A model generated the notes under the pieces. It made no database searches, was not told where the DNA came from, and was given only the letters and a program-made list of their open reading frames with translations. A program made the position numbers and the translations under genes. Positions 48,109-58,025 of a DNA stretch of 64,000 bases are shown here, piece after piece. Positions within the stretch are counted from its first letter, which is position 1, and every line of letters begins with the position of its first letter. Origin of the DNA: Nitrosopumilus sp. GTDB lineage: Bacteria; Planctomycetota; Planctomycetia; Pirellulales; Pirellulaceae. Where the stretch lies: the NCBI GenBank assembly GCA_964225475.1, contig CAXQOB010000012.1:18521-82520 (forward strand). Reading direction: 5' to 3'.

Positions 48109-49689
48109 CTACTTAAAGTCAACTCGGCGCGGCCATCCTGGTACCTTGGTTTTGATTGGCTGTCTGGCTTCATTCATCGGGTGAAATTGCACTTCAATTT
48201 CACGACTCTCTGTATCAAATAGGATAATTCCGTAACCATTCAGCCCGTTGCCCGCTCCATACATTGTGACCTTGTTACCGAATCGATCATGGAATTGACC
48301 TGTTGATTCTGGAGCATTCGGTTCACGGTTCATACCCGCTACCAGCGGCTCCCAACGGCGGCTTGCTTTCGATGAGAACGAAGGTAACGAATAGGCCAGA
48401 GGCCCATCGTCGAACCGCTCTACTCCATGGCGGAACAGGGTCCCCAAGTGCACATCACCGTGGAGCATAACGACCGGAGCTTTTCCAATTGCCCGAAGAG
48501 CGCGATTCCTTGCCGATTGAGGCCAGGCGTTTGAATCCGTGTCAGCTGATGTCGGTGAGTACATGGCAACGTGAGCCCATGGGCTTTGAGAGAGCACTGC
48601 ACCGACGCTATCGGAAGCGATTAGTTTTTTCGACCACTTCGACAGAAAGGCTTCCTGTTTTTCGCCCAGTAAATTCAGATCGGCACGGTCGAGCTGCGTA
48701 CAATCAAAATCGGGATCAAGTACCACCTCAATTTTAAAATCTGTTTTACGTTTTTTGGGAAACTCAAAGCCTTTCGGTGCGATGAGTTCTTTAATCACTT
48801 CGGACGGTGCGCTTTTGAATTTTCGGTCCTCCAGAATTGCAAAATGCACGCCTCCATACTCCAGTTCTGTGTAGTAGGCGCGGACGCCGTCCCCATGAGG
48901 TCCTGCGTCAATCGGATCTGGAAGATGTCCTGTCTGTGTGAATTCAGCAGCATTTACCCAGTCTGGGTGTGTTGGGTAACCACCGGTAGTTCGGTCACCC
49001 TTCATTCTAACGCCTCCCCTACCCCAGAGATCGTTAGCAAACACATCGTGGTCATCGGTAATCATGATGGTTGGTCGATCACGCATCAGCTCTCCAAAGG
49101 CCTCTCCAAATTTTCGGTATTTCTCGAGATAGTTGAACATACCCTTGGGGACTTCTTCCGCGGTTAATGCGCGAAACATTGGGCTCCCGTAATCGTTTTC
49201 ATAAATTTGATCTCCTGAAAAGAAAACGATGTCCGGGTTGTGAGAGATCACTTCATCAATCGCTTCCTTCCATGGCCAGCCAATCTCTTTGTGGCATGAC
49301 AGGCCTGCCATTTTCAGCTTAGATCCTTGTTCGGGCTCCGCGCGAAAAACACCCTCCCAATTTGACCGTCCGCAGGTCACTCGAAATAGTTTTCGACTTT
49401 GGCTCGGCCAGGGTTGTATCTCGAATAATGCCGTTGCAGTGAGTCGTTTAATGGGTTGAGTTTGAACGAGCTTCCATGCTTCTTCTGATTTGTCTCGCAA
49501 CCACAATTGCACCGGTTGCCCATCGGAGGCTTTGGGTTCACGTGGATCGTTATCCAAGTGAACCAATAGCTTCATCGTGCCACGATGCTGACAGTATTGT
49601 GTCCAAAGAATCTTGGAAGCAAAACCTTCAGTGCTCAGACTCAGTACAGTCAGAATGAAGATGAGTAGTAAATGGATTCGTTCCCTCAT
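48109..49689 (-). CDS. PhoD-like alkaline phosphatase / metallophosphoesterase
   Basis: Signal peptide; LSCH; FFSGDQIYE; ITDDHDV; EDRKFKS; WPQSARN; HGDVHL. Confidence 0.85.
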   Translation of the reverse strand: MRERIHLLLIFILTVLSLSTEGFASKILWTQYCQHRGTMKLLVHLDNDPREPKASDGQPVQLWLRDKSEEAWKLVQTQPIKRLTATALFEIQPWPSQSRKLFRVTCGRSNWEGVFRAEPEQGSKLKMAGLSCHKEIGWPWKEAIDEVISHNPDIVFFSGDQIYENDYGSPMFRALTAEEVPKGMFNYLEKYRKFGEAFGELMRDRPTIMITDDHDVFANDLWGRGGVRMKGDRTTGGYPTHPDWVNAAEFTQTGHLPDPIDAGPHGDGVRAYYTELEYGGVHFAILEDRKFKSAPSEVIKELIAPKGFEFPKKRKTDFKIEVVLDPDFDCTQLDRADLNLLGEKQEAFLSKWSKKLIASDSVGAVLSQSPWAHVAMYSPTSADTDSNAWPQSARNRALRAIGKAPVVMLHGDVHLGTLFRHGVERFDDGPLAYSLPSFSSKASRRWEPLVAGMNREPNAPESTGQFHDRFGNKVTMYGAGNGLNGYGIILFDTESREIEVQFHPMNEARQPIKTKVPGWPRRVDFK

Positions 49690-50223
49690 CGCGGTATCTC
49701 TCCAGCCTTGTCTCGTAATCACAGGTGTAATGAATCAATTATGTTTGATGGCATTAGCGTACGGTTCGCTCGTGACGCCGCAACCGTTAGCTGGTTTGGT
49801 GCGTCCATAAATCAACACTTTTACGGCTATTTGTCTTTGTATGAGTGAAATTGTGGCTAGCAAAGACGATTGCCTCGAATCTTTTGCCGCGTCGCACACC
49901 GTGCCAACTGGTTGTGGAACAATGATGTTTCTGTTGAGGAGAGCCTGAATGGTGATTCAGTCCCTAGCTGACTCGTTTAAATTGTGAGAGTTGACTGTCG
50001 TGAGGAAAATGAGGAATCAAACCTATCGAATGATTTCATGTTTGTCGCTCTTTCGTTGAGTTTGTGTCCGATTGAGAATATGGGTTGAGGATCACTTGGA
50101 AACGCAGAGCATCCGATTGGGTATTCATGGAGTGGTCAGCAAGTTGTGATTGGGACGAAAGTGTCACTGAACCTACGTTCGATAGCATGTTTTTTTAAGT
50201 CACATTTCTGGGGATGTCTTTTG

Positions 50224-51729
50224 ATGAATCAGTTGAGAACGATTGCTGTGATGCTCATCATCTTTACGACGTTGTCAATGACCGTTGTGAAGGCGGATCA
50301 CTTCGAAGCAGGTGTTTCGAAAGTCGAAATCACCGATAGGGAAGCCGGCCCTGTAAATGATCCACTTTATGTAAAAGCACTGGTGATCAAGTCGTCGGAG
50401 GTTTCACTCGTGGTGATCACGGTTGATGCCGTCGCGATCGGTGAGATTGGAAGAATCAGCAATGATTACCTACCTAAGGTGCGTTCAGAGCTTTCCGAGC
50501 GTCTTGGGATTGATCCAAAAAACGTCATGGTTAATGCGAGCCATTGCCACGGTGTCGTGCGCCGGGATATTGCCGACTTAACGGTTCAGGCAGTCCTGAA
50601 GGCATTTGAGGAGAGAGTGCCCGTCAAGATCGGCTTTGGTTTAGGTGAAGAAAATCGCATCATGGAAAACCGCCGGTTGCTCCTCAAGAGTGGGCGAACG
50701 GTTGATGTGCGGCACGCGTATTCCTTACCCCCAGACGAAGAGGTTGTGGGAGTGGGACCGGTTGATCCTTCGATTGGAATCGTCAGGCTTGATCGGTTAG
50801 ATGGAACGACCCATTGTGTTTTGTATAACTTTGCTTGTCATCCCATTCAGGGCGTTCCAAGTGGTGGAAATACTGCTGACATCACGGGTTTTGCTTCCAG
50901 TGTGATCGAAGAGAATTTTGGTGATGGCTGTATTGCAATGTTCATTCAGGGATGCGGTGGCGATATCAATCCGCGTAACTACAAAGAGGTGAATCGACCA
51001 CGTGATGCAGAGCCTCTTGGTAACCGACTGGGTTTGAGTGTTCTGCGAGCGGCTCGAGTGATTGAGTGTGTCTCGGATGATCGCTTGAAGGTATTGAATG
51101 AGACACTGGTTTTACCCAGAGGCGATCAAAGCGCGAAGATTTTTGAACTCGAGAGGCGGCAAGAGGAATTGCTCAGTGAGTTGCGAGGAACCAATCTCAA
51201 CTTGAAGGCGTTTTTACCTTTGTTGGTTAAGTATCAACTCGATGAAAAATTTCCATCCTATTATTCCTATGGTTACCTGCGTGATGAGCAGCTTGGAACG
51301 GATGATTACCTCAAGCTGGATCAAAAGAATCAGGACTCGATCAAGGCTTACATTCGCAATATTCACATCATGGAGGAGCTGACGCGTTTGCAGACTAACT
51401 TGCGTCTTCTGAAAAAGCATCACGCCTCATTGGTTGATTCGGGGAAGCGAACCGTTGATGTTGAGGTGATGGGGATAAGGATTGGAGATGCGAAGCTAGT
51501 CACTTTTCCCGGTGAGTTGACGGTCCCAATCGGATTGAAAATCAAGAAGCTTTCTGCTGAAACCAGTGCGATGGTAGCCGGTTACACCAACGGCTACATC
51601 TATTACGCGCCAACGACCGAGCAGCTGGAAAATGCAGGTGGGGCTCAAGAGGATAGCGATTGCATACTCGATCCAGGGTGGTATCCAATCTTTGAGTCGA
51701 AGGCGTTGGAGATACTCGGTCAGTTGTAG
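50224..51729 (+). CDS. Neutral/alkaline ceramidase-like fold exported protein (amidohydrolase-like, substrate unknown)
   Basis: DPLYVKALV; NASHCH; NFACHP; QGCGGDINP; VTFPGE; GYTNGYIYYAPT. The ORF track starts at 50146. Confidence 0.75.
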   Translation: MNQLRTIAVMLIIFTTLSMTVVKADHFEAGVSKVEITDREAGPVNDPLYVKALVIKSSEVSLVVITVDAVAIGEIGRISNDYLPKVRSELSERLGIDPKNVMVNASHCHGVVRRDIADLTVQAVLKAFEERVPVKIGFGLGEENRIMENRRLLLKSGRTVDVRHAYSLPPDEEVVGVGPVDPSIGIVRLDRLDGTTHCVLYNFACHPIQGVPSGGNTADITGFASSVIEENFGDGCIAMFIQGCGGDINPRNYKEVNRPRDAEPLGNRLGLSVLRAARVIECVSDDRLKVLNETLVLPRGDQSAKIFELERRQEELLSELRGTNLNLKAFLPLLVKYQLDEKFPSYYSYGYLRDEQLGTDDYLKLDQKNQDSIKAYIRNIHIMEELTRLQTNLRLLKKHHASLVDSGKRTVDVEVMGIRIGDAKLVTFPGELTVPIGLKIKKLSAETSAMVAGYTNGYIYYAPTTEQLENAGGAQEDSDCILDPGWYPIFESKALEILGQL

Positions 51730-51948
51730 AGCCAACGATAGATTGCATGTCAGAGGAGTGTCCTGATCCACCGAATCTTTGCAATCACAGCGCGGTGTGT
51801 CGAGACAAGTGCTCGGTGCGGCTCCAAACCTTTGTTGCCTGTGGCAAGAGCACCACGGTTTTAGAAATCAATGATCGAGGTGTTTGAAATCGATGGAGAT
51901 GTTTTGGGGTGCACTCGTCTATTTACCAGTCCTCTTTAAGCCGTTTTC

Positions 51949-54495
51949 TTATTCAGCAGACTTCCATGATCGCATGATCTCAACTCGGTCAATGTCGATC
52001 CACTCATTTGGACCGAGGTTTAGTCGATCGAGTTCGATGGTTACAGCATTTGGAGCTGTCTTTGGGTTAAAAGGGCTACTCAAAGTCGTTTTCCAAGAAT
52101 CGGTCGAAGCATTTCGGGTATGGATTTTCAGTTGTTTTGAACCTGAATTGAATTCAACGCGAAGCAAAATTGGTTGTGTCAACTGTGACGCGGCTGACAG
52201 AGAAACGGACTCTCCCGTTTTTCCATTGATTTGTGTCCATGCCTGTATTTCATCATTCCCTCTGCGTCCAACGCAGAGCATCGCATCCCAGGCAATCGTT
52301 GTTTCTGAAAGCCTGCTCAACGAGAATCCGATCATCTCATTGAAGTCATCCCCGGCAAAATGAAGGCTGTCTATTTTGATTTCTAGCATCCATTGATTGG
52401 TTCTATCGGTCCGTTTCGTCGCAGGAAGTTTTACGGAGATTTTGGATCGAGATTCCGTCGATGGATTCGCCGGACTGATTAATGGTTTTTCTGTTTTCTC
52501 GACCTTTTCAGAGTCCTCATTTTTTTCAGTCGCACTAAACCTCAAGTGGTCAAAGCCGTTTGACTTTGCATTTGAGATAGAGTCGTTCCATCGGAGTTGC
52601 CCTTCACCGCTATCGAGAGTTTTTGCGAGTGGTGTGCCCGCGGGTTCGTCAAACTCCCACTTCGCAACGCTTTCCGAGTGAAACGCAGAGGGGCGACCTG
52701 ACCTGCGAAAATCAGAGATACCGATTCTTGTTTGGTTCTCAGGGTCGATCGCAACGGTATGAGCCGAACCTTGGGCTGGGCGATCAGCGACGTTGTGCCC
52801 CATTTCCGTTAGGCGATCGGCAATCTCAGAGTGCGGGGGATTGTTTAGCTTTTCCAGTAGAATGCGATCCGGATACCACTGGTGGTGCATCCTTGGAGAC
52901 GCGACGGATTCAACCGGTGATTTTTCAAAATCAATCAAGTTGATCAGAATGCAAAGGACCGTGTTGATGATCGTCCGTCCCCCCGGACTTCCAGTCACCA
53001 TGATTAATTCACCATCACGCTCAACGATAACAGGGCACTGAGAGCTCAGCATTCGCTTGCCACCATTGAGCTGATTAGCTTTGGTACCGATTCTTCCATA
53101 CACGTTAGTCTCACCGGGAAACCAATTGAAATCGCCCATTTCGTTGTTGAGAACAAATCCTGCGTCGCGGACAACGATCCGAGATCCCCACGTTGCTTCC
53201 AAGGTATAGGTGTTACTTACTGCCATCCCCTCCGCATCAACAATTGAGAAGTGCGTCGTGTCAGGACTTTCATCCGGCTCCGAAATAGGGGGGCCAATCT
53301 GATGACTGGGGGTTGCTCGGGTGGCTTTGATCTCACTCGCCAACTTCCGAGCATAACTTTTCTCGGTGAGGTGTTTCGGAATTTCAACAAAATCAGGGTC
53401 GCCCAAATGCATTGCACGGTCAGCAAATGCACGACGCATGGATTCGGCGATGAGATGAACGGTCGTCGGATGGTATCTTGAATGTTTTGCTAAATCAAAG
53501 CATTCAAGAATGTTGAGTGCCTCAACGATGCAGGTGCCTCCTGAGGAGGGAGGTGGCGCTCCGAGAATGGTATAGCCTCGATAATTCCCACGAATGATTG
53601 AACGAGATTTGGCCTGATACGCAACAAGATCGTCTTTGCTGATCTCACCGTCGCCTCGGCGCATTTCCTGAACGATCTTTTCCGCAATTTCACCCAGATA
53701 AAAAGCATCCGGTCCGATTTGTGCGATCTGCTTTAATGTGTTTGCGAGGTCGGGCTGTTTTAGCTGATCGCCGGGACGCCATTCACGGCTTTGAGGATTT
53801 CCGAAGACTCGCCTAAACTCTGCGAATCGCGATTGTTCTCGTACTCGATCCTCCGAAAGAACCGAGTTAAGTGAATCTGCGAGTGGGCGGTCAACCTGAA
53901 CACCGTCCTTTGCCAGTTTCGCGGCGGGGGTCACTAGTTCTTTCCAAGGTAATTTGCCGTACTTTTGATGGGCAAACGCTAAACCACGAACGGTACCTGG
54001 AACACCAACTGCCTTGTGAGAAAATGTGGTGTCTGTGCGATTAAAGGACTTCGCATGCATACTGAGGGGAGCGACTTCTCGGTAGTCAATGCATATCGGT
54101 TCTTTACCATCTGCAGGACGGATCATCATAAATCCTCCCCCGCCTATGTTCCCTGCGTCCGGCCAGGAAACCGCAAGCGCAAAAGCGGTCGCGACCGCCG
54201 CATCAACGGCATTACCGCCCTTCGCGATAATAGCTGTTCCGATACGGCTTGCTGCGGCCGAATCACTCACAACCATTGCTGAATCGCCTCGTTCAACATG
54301 TACTCCTGAAATCCGTTTCAGCGAGTGATTTTCGTATGCGGTTGTTAAGGTGTCTTGCTCAACTTTGATTTGAGCATCTGCTTGATTGCTTCCGGCTGTT
54401 AGCGTTGCGAGTAAAAGACAGCAACAGGAACGGAAAAGAATGAATAAGCGATTGGTTTGTTGCGTAGTGAATCGCGGCAACTCAGATAAAAACAA
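51949..54495 (-). CDS. ggt: Gamma-glutamyltransferase with an approximately 240-aa C-terminal extension
   Basis: GGNAVDAAVATAFALAV; GNIGGGGF; IDYRE; VGVPGTVRG; PPPSSGG; D|TTHFSIVD (Thr nucleophile); LNNEMGDF; RMLSSQCP; GSPGGRTI; PRMHHQW. Confidence 0.95.
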   Translation of the reverse strand: MFLSELPRFTTQQTNRLFILFRSCCCLLLATLTAGSNQADAQIKVEQDTLTTAYENHSLKRISGVHVERGDSAMVVSDSAAASRIGTAIIAKGGNAVDAAVATAFALAVSWPDAGNIGGGGFMMIRPADGKEPICIDYREVAPLSMHAKSFNRTDTTFSHKAVGVPGTVRGLAFAHQKYGKLPWKELVTPAAKLAKDGVQVDRPLADSLNSVLSEDRVREQSRFAEFRRVFGNPQSREWRPGDQLKQPDLANTLKQIAQIGPDAFYLGEIAEKIVQEMRRGDGEISKDDLVAYQAKSRSIIRGNYRGYTILGAPPPSSGGTCIVEALNILECFDLAKHSRYHPTTVHLIAESMRRAFADRAMHLGDPDFVEIPKHLTEKSYARKLASEIKATRATPSHQIGPPISEPDESPDTTHFSIVDAEGMAVSNTYTLEATWGSRIVVRDAGFVLNNEMGDFNWFPGETNVYGRIGTKANQLNGGKRMLSSQCPVIVERDGELIMVTGSPGGRTIINTVLCILINLIDFEKSPVESVASPRMHHQWYPDRILLEKLNNPPHSEIADRLTEMGHNVADRPAQGSAHTVAIDPENQTRIGISDFRRSGRPSAFHSESVAKWEFDEPAGTPLAKTLDSGEGQLRWNDSISNAKSNGFDHLRFSATEKNEDSEKVEKTEKPLISPANPSTESRSKISVKLPATKRTDRTNQWMLEIKIDSLHFAGDDFNEMIGFSLSRLSETTIAWDAMLCVGRRGNDEIQAWTQINGKTGESVSLSAASQLTQPILLRVEFNSGSKQLKIHTRNASTDSWKTTLSSPFNPKTAPNAVTIELDRLNLGPNEWIDIDRVEIMRSWKSAE

Positions 54496-54966
54496 CGGAT
54501 TGCCCTCTTCAGTGCTTTTGTGTCAGCGCGGTCTCAATTTCATTGCTACCTCAGTGTAACCATCACCGAGCAATTGATGTATGAGCAGTCAGAGCAAAAT
54601 CAGGTTTTGTATCAGGCTGCCCAGTAATTCTCAGCCATTTGACAGAATAGGATCCTGTCTGTCTGGTGGGAGCTTGGTAATCGCATCGGAGCTTTTACTC
54701 GGGATGTGCGTTTTTGATTGTTCTTGTGCAAAAGAATTGAATGCCGCTTAATTCAGGAGTGCGATGTGAGTTTGTCGCAGAAACTCTGCGTGTTTTGTCA
54801 AGCTGTGATAAACCCGCTCAAGACCTCATCGATCTCACGGGTTACAATTTCGGCCAATCACATGTGAAACCCCATGGTTTTAGTGAATTGATTTCATTGG
54901 ATACTGCAATCATTATCCTCGATTTCTCATTCCCTGAATCTCTTTTCTAACTCGGAACAAGATGAC

Positions 54967-56544
54967 ATGAATAGGTTTGTCGCCGTTTGTTTGACTGCAA
55001 TTTGTATGTCCTCTTTGATGTCCCAAATTGCGTTCGGGAATCCAAAGGGAGAGAGGCCAAACATTGTTTTTGTTTTGGCCGACGACATGGGTTGGAACCA
55101 GCCTGGATTCAATGGGGGCAAGTCCCAACTTACTCCGAATATTGATCAACTCGCATCAGAAGGGATGCGATTGAGTGAGTTTTACACGCACAGTGTTTGC
55201 GCTCCCACAAGAGCCGCATTCTTGACGGGACGCTACGCGTTTCGCACTTGGAGTGACTGGAGATCAGAGGATTTTGGAAAGCCGAGTTACCTTGCCAAGC
55301 TAGGATTAGGTCTAGCACATAACGATCGGGGCGAACCCACACGGCGAATCCATGCTCTTGATACTAATGAGCGGACTATTGCGGAGGCATTACAAGACAC
55401 CGGTTACTTCACCGCACTTCTCGGTAAATGGCATCTGGGTGAGTGGTTGCCAGAGCATTTACCGATGGGCCAGGGGTTCGAGTATCAGTATGGTCATTAT
55501 GCTTGGGGTATCGATTACTACACCAAGACGATTGTTCATAATGCACCAGCACGGTTTGCGGTTTATGACTGGCACCGTAACCAGAAACCTGTTCAAGAGA
55601 AGGGTTATGCAACGGATCTAATTGCATCCGAGGCCGAGCGAGTCATTGCTTCCCGAAAAGAGGATGATCGCCCGTTCTTTCTCTACGCAGCCTTCAATGC
55701 CGTGCATGGTCCGTTGAACCCGCCACCGGGTTTTGAGGGTGACAAAGAGGATCCCCTCGCAATTCGTGACGCGATGTTGGCAAATTTAGACCAAGCGGTA
55801 GGGCGTATCAGTCGCGCGATTGATGAGAACGGTTTTCGGGAGAATACCTTATTCATTTTTACCAATGATAATGGGCCAGTTTTGGAGGCAATGAGTAAGC
55901 CTTTTCGGGGTACGAAGAATACTACCTTCGAGGGCGGAGTTCGGCAGCCGGCAATTGTTCGTTGGCCCGGACATACCAAGTCGGGTACCGAAAAGGATGG
56001 GATGATGTTCATCGCGGATTTTTTTCCCACGTTCATCTCGCTTGCAGGTGGAGACCATGAGCAGGAACGTCCTATTGATGGGATTGATATGACGGAAATG
56101 CTCTTTGAGGGTGAAGACAGTCCTCGAAATGAAATCGTGTTTGATGTTTCTGGCAGCGTAAGGTTACCGACCATTCGCCGTGGGGATTTCAAGCTAATGG
56201 GGAGTCAGCTTTACAACATCAAGGAGGACCCATTCGAGAAGAAAGATGTTGCCTCTGATTTTCCGAAGATCGCCAAGGAGTTGATGGACCGTGTCAACGC
56301 TATCGGCAAACAGCGGCCTCCGTTGGGAGACAAGCCGTTATTGATGGATCCGCCATTACCGTACGTTTACGGATTAGAGGAACAGGGGAATCAGCCCGAT
56401 TGGTTAGTTGAAGCTGTCAATGCTGTCAGAGCTCAACAGCCCACGCAATGGGGGCCGGGGGAGACACCCTGGCCGAAAGCACCTAAGGGGGCAGAGGCGA
56501 GCAAAATGGATGGTTTGAAAGATGAGGTCGGTGGCTCGAAATAG
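54967..56544 (+). CDS. Arylsulfatase (S1, arylsulfatase B/J-like)
   Basis: RPNIVFVLADDMG; CAPTRAAFLTGRY; GKWHLG; NDNG; FRGTKNTTFEGGVRQP. Confidence 0.95.
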   Translation: MNRFVAVCLTAICMSSLMSQIAFGNPKGERPNIVFVLADDMGWNQPGFNGGKSQLTPNIDQLASEGMRLSEFYTHSVCAPTRAAFLTGRYAFRTWSDWRSEDFGKPSYLAKLGLGLAHNDRGEPTRRIHALDTNERTIAEALQDTGYFTALLGKWHLGEWLPEHLPMGQGFEYQYGHYAWGIDYYTKTIVHNAPARFAVYDWHRNQKPVQEKGYATDLIASEAERVIASRKEDDRPFFLYAAFNAVHGPLNPPPGFEGDKEDPLAIRDAMLANLDQAVGRISRAIDENGFRENTLFIFTNDNGPVLEAMSKPFRGTKNTTFEGGVRQPAIVRWPGHTKSGTEKDGMMFIADFFPTFISLAGGDHEQERPIDGIDMTEMLFEGEDSPRNEIVFDVSGSVRLPTIRRGDFKLMGSQLYNIKEDPFEKKDVASDFPKIAKELMDRVNAIGKQRPPLGDKPLLMDPPLPYVYGLEEQGNQPDWLVEAVNAVRAQQPTQWGPGETPWPKAPKGAEASKMDGLKDEVGGSK

Positions 56545-56624
56545 CAGCCACTCGCCGGGTTCCTAGAATCCCGTATTGAAGCCGCAGGCGATCCATTGCC
56601 AACATGAGATTCATCGAACGAACC

Positions 56625-57971
56625 ATGAAGATTCAGTTTGTTTTTTTTGTCGCCCTTTCTGTGTGTGTTCAAGCAAAAAGTTTTGCTGAATCCTGGTCGG
56701 GATTTCGGGGGCCCTCTGGACTTGGAGTCAGTACGAGTGAGGTAAGGCTGCCGGAGTCTTGGTCAGAACAGTCTAATTTGTCGTGGAAGGTTCCGCTTCC
56801 GGGGCCCGGGGCATCAAGTCCGATAGTTTCCGAAAAGCGAGTCTTCGTAACGTGTTACTCGGGGTATGGAGTTCCCAACGATACAGATCGTGATATCCAG
56901 AAGCTGAGGCGACATCTTCTTTGTTTTGATCTGGAGACCGGTGAGAAACGCTGGCAGGCAAGTGCCAAGGGATCATTGCAGGAGGATTCCTACTACGAAA
57001 CAGGAGTCTCTTCACACGGGTACGCTTCTCATACCCCGGTAACAGACGGCAAGAACGTTTACGCTTTTTTTGGCAAGAGTGGAGTTTACGCTTTCACGAT
57101 TGATGGTCAGGAGCTCTGGCAAACGCAGGTTGGGTCTGGTTCTGATCCACCGAAGTGGGGATCCTCCTCCAGTCCTGTTCTTCATGGCAACACACTGATT
57201 GTTACTGCTGCGGCAGAAAGTCAATCGCTTTACGGCTTGGACAAGGCAACCGGGTCGATCGTGTGGCAACACAAGTCAAAGGGCTTGGATGGGATGTGGG
57301 GTACCCCAACTATTGTGAAAGTAGATGGCAGTCGTAGCGATTTAGTGATGCTGGTTGCCGGCGAACTGTGGGGGCTGAATCCCGCGACAGGAGAACTGCG
57401 GTGGCGAATCGGTGCGACCGATTCAAAACAAGCTTATACGAGCATTTTATTTCAGGGAACGAGAGTCTTTGCGTTCTCTGGCCAAGGTGGTGGTGGTTTG
57501 GCAATTGATCTAGCAACCACTCAGGAGCAGGGTGGTATCCCAGAGATCATTTGGAGGAGCACCGTGAACGCAACCTATGCTTCTCCGGTCTCGGATGGGG
57601 CAAGAATTTACTTAGTCTCGCGTGGAATCCTTTCGGTGTTGGATTCGAACAGTGGTAAACGTCTCAAACAAGTTCGGCTCAAAGGTGCGAAAGAGACGGG
57701 AGGACCGTTTGGTTCACTCGATTATGCTTCGCCAGTTATTCACCAGGACCAATTATACTATTTGAATGCTCGTGGTCAGGTTTACGTTTTCAGCACTTCC
57801 CCGACGCTGAAGTTGCGATCAGTGAATGAGCTAACTGTAGATCGTGAAATGTTTTGGGGATCACCAGCTATTTGTAGTGGGCGGTTGTTGTTGAGGAGCT
57901 CTGCTTTCCTCTACTGTGTGGCGAATTCCACCCGCGTTCACAACCGTGACGTCTCAAGGACCTCTAATTAG
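56625..57971 (+). CDS. PQQ-like/BamB-like beta-propeller protein
   Basis: Signal peptide; WSGFRGPSG; LSWKVPLPGPGASSPIV; GYASHTPVTDG; WGSSSSP; WGSPAICSGRLLLRS. Confidence 0.9.
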   Translation: MKIQFVFFVALSVCVQAKSFAESWSGFRGPSGLGVSTSEVRLPESWSEQSNLSWKVPLPGPGASSPIVSEKRVFVTCYSGYGVPNDTDRDIQKLRRHLLCFDLETGEKRWQASAKGSLQEDSYYETGVSSHGYASHTPVTDGKNVYAFFGKSGVYAFTIDGQELWQTQVGSGSDPPKWGSSSSPVLHGNTLIVTAAAESQSLYGLDKATGSIVWQHKSKGLDGMWGTPTIVKVDGSRSDLVMLVAGELWGLNPATGELRWRIGATDSKQAYTSILFQGTRVFAFSGQGGGGLAIDLATTQEQGGIPEIIWRSTVNATYASPVSDGARIYLVSRGILSVLDSNSGKRLKQVRLKGAKETGGPFGSLDYASPVIHQDQLYYLNARGQVYVFSTSPTLKLRSVNELTVDREMFWGSPAICSGRLLLRSSAFLYCVANSTRVHNRDVSRTSN

Positions 57972-58025
57972 GCGAATCACGCTCGGCGGTGTTTCCCCAA
58001 TGACTGAAGGGCGTATCGTTTCAGG

